A stretch of DNA of 64,000 nucleotides from Gemmatimonadota bacterium (GCA_031382385.1 JANMYS010000078.1:71415-135414), one strand, 5' to 3'; positions 20,598-28,402 are shown, counted from the first letter of the stretch. Translations and numbers: made by a program. Notes: generated from the letters alone by a model not told the origin.

Positions 20598-21422
20598 GTG
20601 CCCGAACTCCCCGAAGTCGAGACGATGGTCCGCGACATCCGGCCTGTCCTGCTCGGCCGCACCATCCGTACGGCGAGCCTATCCCACATCGATGTGCTGC
20701 GTGGCGTCACCCGGCCCCGCCTCCTCGCGGCGCTCACCGGCGCGACGGTCCAGCATGTCTTCCGCCGGGCCAAGCACGCCGTGCTCGACCTGGGCACGCA
20801 TCGGTTCGTGCTCCAGCCGGGCATGAGCGGCAACCTCCTCTACTACAACCGGCCGCTGACCGAGGCAGAGCGGAAGTACGCCGTCCTACGGACCACCCTC
20901 GACGACGGAACGCAGTTCATCTTCCGGGATGTCCGTCGCATCGGAACCCTGCTGCTGCTGAATCCGAGAGGCTGGGAGGCGTACGACCGGGCGCTGGGAC
21001 CGGAGCCGCTGGATCCGGCACTCACACCGGCCGTCTTCATGGCCGGACTCAGGAATTCACGCCAGGCCATCAAGAAGGTGCTGATGGATCAGCGGAAGAT
21101 CGTCGGGGTCGGGAACATCTACGCCAACGAAGCGCTCTTCGCCGCGGGAATCGACCCGTCACGACCGGCCAACAGGGTCCCGCCCGAACGCTACGAACGG
21201 CTCTACCACGAGACCCGTCGTATCCTCCAAGCTGCCATCGACGCCGAGGGCACGACGTTTCGCGATTATCGCACCGGCACCGGGCAGCCGGGCAACTTCC
21301 AGCTCGAGCTCATGGTCTACGAGCGCCAGGGGGAGCCGTGTCGCCACTGCGGCACCCGGCTGGCGGGAACCCACGATATCGACGGGCGGATCACGGTGTT
21401 CTGCTGGCGGTGTCAGGGGTAG
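20598..21422 (+). CDS. mutM: Formamidopyrimidine-DNA glycosylase
   Basis: GTG start gives (M)PELPEVE. C-terminal zinc finger CRHCG...CWRCQ. Confidence 0.93.
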   Translation: MPELPEVETMVRDIRPVLLGRTIRTASLSHIDVLRGVTRPRLLAALTGATVQHVFRRAKHAVLDLGTHRFVLQPGMSGNLLYYNRPLTEAERKYAVLRTTLDDGTQFIFRDVRRIGTLLLLNPRGWEAYDRALGPEPLDPALTPAVFMAGLRNSRQAIKKVLMDQRKIVGVGNIYANEALFAAGIDPSRPANRVPPERYERLYHETRRILQAAIDAEGTTFRDYRTGTGQPGNFQLELMVYERQGEPCRHCGTRLAGTHDIDGRITVFCWRCQG

Positions 21423-21425
21423 CTG

Positions 21426-21452
21426 GGTAGGGGCGGAGCTCCAGCTCCGCCC
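21426..21452 (+). terminator. 27-nt palindromic element copy forming a hairpin 4 nt after the fpg stop (no U-tract)
   Basis: ggtagGGGCGGAGCtccaGCTCCGCCC, a 9-bp GC stem. Exact reverse-complement copy at 8487-8513. Confidence 0.6.
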
Positions 21453-21456
21453 TTCG

Positions 21457-21612
21457 GTGGCGGTAGGCGGTAGGCGGTTGCTGAACGCTGCATGTTTGCT
21501 GCGAACGGCCAACGGCCAATGGCCATTGGCTGACGGCTGATGGCTGACGGCCGACAGCTGCCCCGATATCTTCCACGTATCCGCTGCCACCTGCCACCTG
21601 CTCGCTGCCACC
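21457..21612. repeat. About 155-nt spacer in continuous 7-nt register across five heptamer families
   Basis: ggcggta x3, gctgaac, gctgcat, gcgaacg, gccaacg, gccaatg, gccattg, gctgacg, gctgatg, gctgacg, gccgaca ... ctgccac x3. Contains the 16-nt perfect palindrome gccaatggccattggc (21515-21530). Confidence 0.9.
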
Positions 21613-21615
21613 TTC

Positions 21616-22710
21616 ATGACCACTGCCCTCCGGCTCTCGCTGCCAACCGTGGACCTGCCGACCCTTCGGGAGCGGGTCCGTCGGCTGGCCGAGCCGCGGC
21701 CGGGGGTCTACCGGATGCTGGACGCGATGGGCCGGGTCATCTATGTCGGCAAGGCGCGCCGGCTCCGGCAGCGGGTGCTCTCCTATTTCCGGGCCAGCTA
21801 CCCGGAAGACAAGGCGGCCCGGATCCTCCACGCCGCCGCCGACATCACCTGGGACTACACCCCGAGCGAGTTCGCGGCTTGCCTGACGGAACTGCGCCAG
21901 ATCGCGCGCTGGCGCCCGACCTTCAATCACCAGATGAACCGGGCTCGGCGCACTTTCTTCATCACGGTGTCGAATGGGCCGGCGCCACGCATCGCCGCGA
22001 GTGTGGCCACCAGCCGGGGGGATCAGCGATGGTACGGGCCATTCTCCGCACCAGCCCGGGTGCGGGAGGGCGTCAAGACGCTGAACGACCTGCTGGGCCT
22101 GCGCGACTGCGCGCCGACCATGCCGATCGTCTTCGCGGGACAGATGGACCTCTTCTCCCCCGCGCGCGATGCCGCCTGCATGCGCCACGGCTTCGGCTTC
22201 TGCGCCGGCCCCTGTGCGGCGCTGGTGACCGAAGTGGACTACCTCAGGCGGGTGGGGACGGCGCAGGCTTTCCTCGAAGGCCGCACCATCCAGCCGATCG
22301 ACCGGACCGTGACGGAGATGCAAGCGGCGGCCGACGCCGCGGAGTTCGAGCGGGCGACGAAGTGGCGGGAGCGGTTCGAGACGCTGGAATGGCTGCTGGC
22401 GGCGACGAGTCGGGCCCGGGCCGCGGTAGAGGCACTGACGTTCGTGTATCGGGACCCCGGCGATTTCGGCGACGATCGCGCCTACCTGATCCGCCATGGG
22501 GTGGTGCGCTGCAGCTATCCCTGGCCCTCAACGCCGATCGAGCGGGAGGCCTTTCGCGGCGTGGTGACCGATGAGCTGGCTGCGCCCGCCCCTGCCCCAG
22601 GGCCTCTCCCTTTTCAGCACCTGGACGAAATCCTGCTCATCATGAGCTGGTTCCGGCGTCATCCCGATGCTTTCCGCCGCACCAGCCGGCTCGAGACGTG
22701 GGCGCTTTAG
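21616..22710 (+). CDS. GIY-YIG nuclease with UvrC-like Cys-rich and UVR regions (Cho-like, lacks UvrC C-terminal half)
   Basis: GVYRMLDAMGRVIYVGKARRLRQRVLSYF (GIY-YIG), ACLTELRQIARWRPTFN, UVR-like EFERATKWRERFETLEWL. Only 364 aa. Confidence 0.8.
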   Translation: MTTALRLSLPTVDLPTLRERVRRLAEPRPGVYRMLDAMGRVIYVGKARRLRQRVLSYFRASYPEDKAARILHAAADITWDYTPSEFAACLTELRQIARWRPTFNHQMNRARRTFFITVSNGPAPRIAASVATSRGDQRWYGPFSAPARVREGVKTLNDLLGLRDCAPTMPIVFAGQMDLFSPARDAACMRHGFGFCAGPCAALVTEVDYLRRVGTAQAFLEGRTIQPIDRTVTEMQAAADAAEFERATKWRERFETLEWLLAATSRARAAVEALTFVYRDPGDFGDDRAYLIRHGVVRCSYPWPSTPIEREAFRGVVTDELAAPAPAPGPLPFQHLDEILLIMSWFRRHPDAFRRTSRLETWAL

Positions 22711-22801
22711 GGAATCGCTCGACCGCCGTCGTGGTGGAATCGGGGCTGATCCAGGGAATTATCGAGCACGCGCGGACCAGGCGGGCGGGCCCCCCACCAC
22801 C

Positions 22802-23428
22802 CTAACGGTCGACCACTGCCCACAACTCGGGCCGCCGCTCCACATCCGTGGGCTGGCGAATCCCCGCCGGCCTGGGCCAGGGGAACCAGCCCATCGGCTC
22901 GTTGTCGAAGACCCGGAACGCCAGCCTCGGCGCGCGGGCACCGCCATCGGCGAAGAAGGCCGGATCCAGCCGCATCTCGATTGACCACCCCGCACTGTCG
23001 CCCGTCACCCGCACCTCCCAGCCACCCCCTTCACGCGCCGGGCCGAGCCGCCATTCGGGATCGTCTTGCGGGGCGCGCCACTTTCCGGCGTCGCCCCGAT
23101 AGATCACGCTGCTGTCGGCGACGCGGCGGAAGTGCCATTGAAAATCATCGTGCCCCGGGGCGGGTGTGCCGTCGCCGCGGATATCGATGCTGACCACGAA
23201 GTCATCGCCCCAGTACCAGCTGCTGTCGGCGATCGCAGCGGCGAGATAGATGAAATCCCCATCCCGACGGAGCCAGACCGGAACATTCCCCATCGGCCGT
23301 TCGATGATTGCCGCGGCAGCCCCGTATTCGGCGCTGTCGGCGTGGCCGTCAAAGACGAGCGGGTGCTCCGCTGGTCGGAGCGGGATGGTATCGGTGACGA
23401 GAAGCAGGAGCAGCGGGGTGAGCAGCAT
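22802..23428 (-). CDS. Secreted hypothetical protein (CBM9/DOMON-like fold suspected)
   Basis: Signal-like MLLTPLLLLLVTD, coding-like codon bias. Fold assignment is tentative. Confidence 0.65.
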   Translation of the reverse strand: MLLTPLLLLLVTDTIPLRPAEHPLVFDGHADSAEYGAAAAIIERPMGNVPVWLRRDGDFIYLAAAIADSSWYWGDDFVVSIDIRGDGTPAPGHDDFQWHFRRVADSSVIYRGDAGKWRAPQDDPEWRLGPAREGGGWEVRVTGDSAGWSIEMRLDPAFFADGGARAPRLAFRVFDNEPMGWFPWPRPAGIRQPTDVERRPELWAVVDR

Positions 23429-23434
23429 CTGCGG

Positions 23435-23926
23435 TCAGTCGCCATCCGCGGAGGTGAGCGGCACGAGCCAGGCGCGGGGCGGCAGACCGGACTCGAGCTC
23501 CATGATCCCGACGGAGGGCGGCAGGTCGAAGCGACGCCGGCCCGCCCCACCGGGATTCATCACCGTCACGGTCAGGTCCACCGTGGTGAGCAGTGGCCGG
23601 TGGGTGTGGCCATAGATGATCACGTCGGCGGCGGGATAGGCCTCGTGCAATTTGTCAGGCGTTGGCGCACCGAGCTGATCGCCGTGGAGCAGCACGAAGT
23701 CGAGGCCCTGGATCTGCTGCTCCACCACCCCCGGCAGGTGGGCGCGCAGGTCCCACCCGTCGCAGTTCCCGTAGACCGCGGTGACCGGGGCGATTGCCTC
23801 GAGTTCGATGAGCAGCTCCTGCGGTCCGATGTCGCCGGCATGCAGAATCAGGTCGACCTCGCGGAAGACCTCGAAGACTTCGGGGCGCAGGAGACCGTGG
23901 GTGTCGGCGATGATGCCTAGGCGCAT
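23435..23926 (-). CDS. YfcE/MJ0936-family metallophosphoesterase
   Basis: MRLGIIADTHG, ILHAGDI, YGNCD, LLHGD, GHTH motifs. Confidence 0.88.
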   Translation of the reverse strand: MRLGIIADTHGLLRPEVFEVFREVDLILHAGDIGPQELLIELEAIAPVTAVYGNCDGWDLRAHLPGVVEQQIQGLDFVLLHGDQLGAPTPDKLHEAYPAADVIIYGHTHRPLLTTVDLTVTVMNPGGAGRRRFDLPPSVGIMELESGLPPRAWLVPLTSADGD

Positions 23927-23945
23927 TGGGGGGCTCGAAGTCGAT

Positions 23946-24015
23946 GGCCGTTGGCCGTTGGCCGCTGGCTACGACGGGCTGCACGCCAAGGGCTAAAGGC
24001 CAACGGCTAACGGCC
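23946..24015. repeat. Inverted GTTGGCC / GGCCAAC heptamer arrays between ubiX and the phosphoesterase gene
   Basis: ggccgttggccgttggccgctggc ... gccaagggctaaaggccaacggctaacggcc. The distal 18 nt pair with one mismatch. Confidence 0.85.
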
Positions 24016-24600
24016 TCATCCCTGCCACCGCGGCGCGATGTCGATCTCCAGCCCCAGCTGATCGATCACCCGCTGGACGATGAAGTCGACCAGCTCGCTG
24101 ACCTGGGTGGGCCGGTGGTAGAAACCGGGCGCGGCGGGAATGACGACGGCACCCGCTTCGGTGACGGCGACGAGATTGCGCAGATGAATGAGCGAGAGCG
24201 GCGTCTCGCGCGGCACCAGAATGAGCTTGCGCCGCTCCTTGAGGACCACATCCGCGGCCCGCTCGACCAGCGAGCGACTGGTCCCGCCGGCGATGGCGGC
24301 GACGGTGCCCATGGAGCAGGGACAGATCACCATGCCGGCGGACTTTGTCGATCCCGATGCGGGCTTGGCGCCGCGGTCGCCATCCGGGAAGAAGGTGATG
24401 CTGGACCAGTCGCCGCCGGTCGCGGCGCAGAGCGCCGCTTCATCCGCAACGCCGGTCTCCTCCTTGAGCAGCCGCCAGCCGTGGCTGGAGACGATCAGCC
24501 ACACCGGGACGCGGCGACGCGCCAGGACGTCCAGCAGACGCACCGCGTACGGCGCCCCGGACGCACCGGTGATCGCCACCACGACAGGCAGTTGGCTCAA
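24016..24600 (-). CDS. ubiX: Flavin prenyltransferase UbiX family (MqnM-like)
   Basis: TTG start. (M)SQLPVVVAITGASGAPYAVRLLDVL, CPCSMGT. Confidence 0.92.
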   Translation of the reverse strand: MSQLPVVVAITGASGAPYAVRLLDVLARRRVPVWLIVSSHGWRLLKEETGVADEAALCAATGGDWSSITFFPDGDRGAKPASGSTKSAGMVICPCSMGTVAAIAGGTSRSLVERAADVVLKERRKLILVPRETPLSLIHLRNLVAVTEAGAVVIPAAPGFYHRPTQVSELVDFIVQRVIDQLGLEIDIAPRWQG

Positions 24601-24746
24601 CGGCCGCGACGGTTGGCGGTCGGAGTCTTGAGCGGGCGCCGCTCCGGTTGCGGCGGCGGGACCTTCTGCTGCAGTGCGCCCTTCTCGGGCGCCGGCTTGC
24701 CCCGGCCCCGCACGGGGATCAGCGTTTCCTTCGGTCGTTTCGACAT
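24597..24746 (-). CDS. Candidate 49-aa basic Pro/Arg/Lys-rich small protein translationally coupled to ubiX
   Basis: Not in the ORF track (below its length cut-off). ATG 24746, MSKRPKETLIPVRGRGKPAPEKGALQQKVPPPQPERRPLKTPTANRRGR. Its TGA overlaps the ubiX TTG as TTGA. Third-position GC is high. No clear Shine-Dalgarno sequence. Confidence 0.4.
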   Translation of the reverse strand: MSKRPKETLIPVRGRGKPAPEKGALQQKVPPPQPERRPLKTPTANRRGR

Positions 24747-24761
24747 GGATGGGTCTTTCGT

Positions 24762-25005
24762 CAGAGTTCAGCCATCAGCCATCAGCCGTCAGCCGTCAGC
24801 CATCAGCCATCAGCCGTCAGCCATCAGCCGTCAGCCGTCAGCCGTCAGCCGTCAGCCGTCAGCCATCAGCCGTCAGCCGTCAGCCGTCAGCCATACGCAT
24901 TCAGCACTCAGCATTCAGCGTTTAGCAATCGCCCAATCGCCTAATCGCCTAATCGCCCAATCGCCCAATCGCCCAATCGCCTGATCGCCCAATCACCCCA
25001 TCGCC
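24762..25005. repeat. Composite microsatellite: about 19 x CAGCC(G/A)T, 5 degenerate CAGCNNT units, then 10 x (C/T)AATCGCC octamers
   Basis: Units counted directly: heptamers 24769-24894 and 24895-24929, octamers 24926-25005. Lies between the ubiA stop (25011) and the small ORF start (24746). Confidence 0.95.
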
Positions 25006-25010
25006 CAACC

Positions 25011-25940
25011 TCACCCCACCAACCGATCCACCAGTGCAAAGCCGAACACCGTCACGCTCATCACGCCGTTCATGGTAAAGAACGCGGCATCGAGCTTCGA
25101 CAGATCGCCCGGCTTCACCAGTTGATGCTCCCATGCGAGGATCAGCGTGGCGCAGCCCACGCCGACAAAGAACCAGAGGCCGAAGCCGGCGCTCAGGCCG
25201 AACACCACCAACGCCGGGATCGTCACGCCATGCAGCAGCTTGGCCAGCAGGATGCTGCGCCGCTGGCCGAGGCGGACGACCGCGCTGCGCAGGCCGGCAT
25301 CGCGATCGAAACCCTCATCGGGCAGGGCGTAGAAGATATCAAAGCCCGCCACCCAGGTTGCCACCGCGAGGGTCACGGCGATGAGCACCCACCACGGCTC
25401 GCTCCACCGCCCGGTCACGGCCAGGTAGCCGCCTACCGGCGCCATGGCGAGCGCGACGCCCAGCCAGAGGTGCGGCCAGAAGGTGAACCGCTTGGCGAAG
25501 CTGTAGCCCATCACCCAGAGCAGGGCGACTGGCGCGAGCAGGAAACAGACCGGGTTGAGCTGACTGGCCGCCAGGAGAAAGAGACTGCCGGCGACGAGAA
25601 CCGACACCCATGCCTGCGTGAGGCTGAGCGCGCCGCGAGGCAGCTCGCGGGCACTGGTGCGCGGATTCCGCGCGTCAAACTCGCGATCGGCGATCCGGTT
25701 GAACCCCATCGCCACCCACCGCGCCGCGGAAAAGGCGAGCACGACGAGCAGGACCATCTGCCAGGTGACCGGATGGTCACCCCAGGCGGCCAGCACCCCG
25801 AGCAGCGCGAAGGGCAGTGCAAAGAGAGTGTGCGGCAGCTTGACGAAATTGATGTAGCGGACCAGCAGCGAGGCGCCAGCGAAGGTCTGGCCCTCGGGCG
25901 CAACGACCGGGAACGGGGAACGGGGAACCGGTGTGCTCAT
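25011..25940 (-). CDS. ubiA: UbiA-family aromatic prenyltransferase (4-hydroxybenzoate polyprenyltransferase / MqnP-like)
   Basis: ATG 25940 overlaps the ubiD stop (ATGA). NRIADREFD Asp-rich motif and multiple TM segments. Confidence 0.9.
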   Translation of the reverse strand: MSTPVPRSPFPVVAPEGQTFAGASLLVRYINFVKLPHTLFALPFALLGVLAAWGDHPVTWQMVLLVVLAFSAARWVAMGFNRIADREFDARNPRTSARELPRGALSLTQAWVSVLVAGSLFLLAASQLNPVCFLLAPVALLWVMGYSFAKRFTFWPHLWLGVALAMAPVGGYLAVTGRWSEPWWVLIAVTLAVATWVAGFDIFYALPDEGFDRDAGLRSAVVRLGQRRSILLAKLLHGVTIPALVVFGLSAGFGLWFFVGVGCATLILAWEHQLVKPGDLSKLDAAFFTMNGVMSVTVFGFALVDRLVG

Positions 25941-25978
25941 CGATTCGTCCCGTTCCCTGTTCCCGTTTCCCCGTTCCC
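25909..25978. repeat. Inverted GGGAACG / CGTTCCC arrays forming a hairpin whose loop holds the ubiD-stop/ubiA-start ATGA overlap
   Basis: gggaacggggaacggggaac (25909-25928), loop with tcat at 25937-25940, gtcccgttccctgttcccgtttccccgttccc (25947-25978). Confidence 0.9.
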
Positions 25979-27454
25979 GAGTCGAATCCCCAGCTTCGGC
26001 CACAGCGCATCAACCCGGCGCTTCGTCGCCTCGTCCATGGTGATCAGCGGCGGCCACTCGCGGTGGAAACCCTCTTCTTTCCACTTCCTCGTGCCGTCGA
26101 TCCCCATCTTGCTGCCGTAGGTGAACTGCTGGCTGGCATGATCCAGCACATCGGCCGGTCCCATCGTGAAGCGCACATCCCGCTGCGGGTCGATGTTGTT
26201 CAACGCGATCCACCAGGCCTCGTCCGGATCGCGGACGTCCACCTCCTTGTCGACCACCACGATCACCTTGGCCAGCGACATGAGGCCCTGGCCCCAGAGC
26301 GCGTTCATCACCTTGGACGCCTGGCCGGGGTACTGCTTGTCGATCGAGACGAAGATCAGGTTGTGGAAGATCCCGCAGGCCGGCATGTGGTAGTCCACGA
26401 TCTCCGGCACGGTGAGCTTGAGCAGCGGCAGGAAGACCCGCTCCGTCGCATGCCCGAGGTAGTAGTCCTCCATCGGCGGACGCCCGACCAGCGTCGCGGC
26501 ATAGACCGGCCGCTTCCGCATGGTGACCGCAGTAACGTGGACCAGCGGGTAGTAGTCGGCCAGCGAATAGAACCCGGTGTGATCGCCGAATGGCCCCTCG
26601 AGCACCAGTGGCTCTGCCGGGTCGATGTAGCCCTCGATCACGAACTCGGCTTCGGCCGGCACATCGAGGGCGCACGTCACCGCTTTCGCCAGCTCGACCG
26701 GGGACTTCCGCAGGAAGCCCGCAAAGATGAACTCATCGATCGTCGGGGGCAGCGGGGCCGACCCGGAATACAGACTCGCGGGATCGGCCCCGATCGCGAT
26801 GACGACCGGCATTCGTTCACCCCTCGCCGCCATCTCGCGCCAGTGCGCGGCCCCGACCTTGTGCCGCTGCCAGTGCATCGCCAGCGTGTTCTTCGACAGC
26901 ACCTGGATCCGGTACATGCCGACGTTGCGGATGCCGCGCGAGGGATCCTCGGTGATGACCATCGGCAGCGTGATGTAGCGCCCGCCATCCTGCGGCCAGG
27001 TGGTGAGGAAGGGCAGCCGATCGAGGTCGATCTCCCCGCCCTGCCACACGATCTCCTGACAGGACGGCCGACCACTCCTGGTGCGCGGCGGGAACTTGGC
27101 CACCTCGGCGAGCTTGGGCAGCATCGAGAGCTTGCCGAAGAGCCCGTCGGGCACCTTCAGGTTCAGCAGCTCGCTGATCCGCCCACCGATGGAATCGAGC
27201 TCCTCGACGCCCAGCGCCAGGCACATCCGCCGCATCGAACCATACAGGTTGATGGCGACAGGATACTCGCTGATGGCCCCGCTGGGCAGCACCGGCTGCT
27301 CGAACAGCAGCGCCGGCCCGCCGCCCGGACTCTTCATGCAGCGGTCGGCGATCTCCGCGATCTCGAGATGGGTACGCACCGGTTCCCTGATCCGGACCAG
27401 TTCGCCCGCTTTCTCGATCGCGGCGATGAACTCCTGCAGGCTGTCGAGGCTCAC
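25937..27454 (-). CDS. ubiD: UbiD-family (prFMN-dependent) decarboxylase (MqnL-like)
   Basis: GTG 27454 gives (M)SLDSLQEFIAAIEKAGELVRI.... Family-typical length of about 505 aa. The upstream part of the track ORF is repeat-derived. Confidence 0.92.
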   Translation of the reverse strand: MSLDSLQEFIAAIEKAGELVRIREPVRTHLEIAEIADRCMKSPGGGPALLFEQPVLPSGAISEYPVAINLYGSMRRMCLALGVEELDSIGGRISELLNLKVPDGLFGKLSMLPKLAEVAKFPPRTRSGRPSCQEIVWQGGEIDLDRLPFLTTWPQDGGRYITLPMVITEDPSRGIRNVGMYRIQVLSKNTLAMHWQRHKVGAAHWREMAARGERMPVVIAIGADPASLYSGSAPLPPTIDEFIFAGFLRKSPVELAKAVTCALDVPAEAEFVIEGYIDPAEPLVLEGPFGDHTGFYSLADYYPLVHVTAVTMRKRPVYAATLVGRPPMEDYYLGHATERVFLPLLKLTVPEIVDYHMPACGIFHNLIFVSIDKQYPGQASKVMNALWGQGLMSLAKVIVVVDKEVDVRDPDEAWWIALNNIDPQRDVRFTMGPADVLDHASQQFTYGSKMGIDGTRKWKEEGFHREWPPLITMDEATKRRVDALWPKLGIRLGNGETGTGNGTNR

Positions 27455-27462
27455 GGAAACTC

Positions 27463-27601
27463 GGGGAACGGGGAACGGGGAACGGGGAACGGGCTGAGGA
27501 CCGAACGCGCGGACTCGGCCACGCCCACGCCGATGCCCGGCAGCACGAAACAATACGCCAGAGTGCGCTTCCTGTTCCCCGTTCCCCGTTCCCTGTTCCC
27601 C
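27463..27601. repeat. Inverted (GGGGAAC)4 / (GTTCCCC)4 arrays, 77-nt loop, between ubiE and ubiD
   Basis: ggggaacggggaacggggaacggggaacggg (27463-27493) and cctgttccccgttccccgttccctgttcccc (27571-27601). Confidence 0.95.
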
Positions 27602-27620
27602 AATCGACCGTGCATCGCGC

Positions 27621-28349
27621 TCACCGCCGGGTCCCGACGTGGATCGCGCAGATGCCGCCGAGCAGCAACTGCCAGCGCACCGCGGAGAACCCCTGCACTG
27701 CCATCCGTGCGGCGAGTTGGGGCGGTTCCGGGAAGCTCAGCACCGACGCCGGAAGGTAGGTATACGCGTCGGAGTGCCGGGAAACCAGTCGTCCGATGGA
27801 CGGGAGGACGTGGCGAAAGTAGAGCAGGTAGGCCCCACGCATCGGCTGCCAGGAAGGAGTGGTGAATTCCAGAATCACGAATCGCCCCCCCGGCTTGATG
27901 ACTCGGGCCGCCTCCGCCAGGCCGCGGTCGAGATCGGCCAGGTTCCGCACCCCGAAGCCGACGGTCGCCCCGTCGAATGAGGCATCAGGGAATGGCAGGT
28001 CGAGGGCATCGGCGTTCACCGCGCGGACCCGGGCGGACTTGTTCTGACCCAGCTCGAGCATGGGAAGGACGAAATCAGCACCGATGACTTGCCCGGTAAA
28101 ACCGGGCCGGTCGCCCAATGTGGCCGCGAGATCCAGGGTGCCGGAGCAGAGGTCGAGGTACCGGCCAGCGGGGGCGCGCTCCCAGTCGAGCTCCGCGACG
28201 GCCTGCCGGCGCCAGCGGCGGTCCATATTGAGACTGAGGACGTGATTGAGGAGGTCGTACCGGGGGGCGATCTGGGTGAACATGGCCCGGACGTAGGACC
28301 GCTTCTCTGTGCCGCCCGAAAGCGGTAACTTCCTTTCCGTGACCAACAT
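27621..28349 (-). CDS. ubiE: Demethylmenaquinone/ubiquinone C-methyltransferase
   Basis: VRAMFTQIAPRYDLLNHVLS, DLCSGTLD SAM motif, FGVRN. Confidence 0.92.
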   Translation of the reverse strand: MLVTERKLPLSGGTEKRSYVRAMFTQIAPRYDLLNHVLSLNMDRRWRRQAVAELDWERAPAGRYLDLCSGTLDLAATLGDRPGFTGQVIGADFVLPMLELGQNKSARVRAVNADALDLPFPDASFDGATVGFGVRNLADLDRGLAEAARVIKPGGRFVILEFTTPSWQPMRGAYLLYFRHVLPSIGRLVSRHSDAYTYLPASVLSFPEPPQLAARMAVQGFSAVRWQLLLGGICAIHVGTRR

Positions 28350-28402
28350 AGGCGATGAATGTAGTCCGGTTCAAAGTGGCTTCGCAAGCCGCGTCCTCGC
28401 GC

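Noticed and set aside
24648-24985. Track ORFs (24648..24944, 24674..24925, tail of 23926..24984) encoding PSA(V/I)S(R/H)Q heptapeptide repeats
   Set aside because: They are read-throughs of the 7-nt microsatellite. All three frames are open for the same reason. There is no start context, and they are antisense to the operon.
24762-25005. Possible CRISPR array
   Set aside because: Units are 7-8 nt and directly abutting with no unique spacers. No cas genes are in the window.
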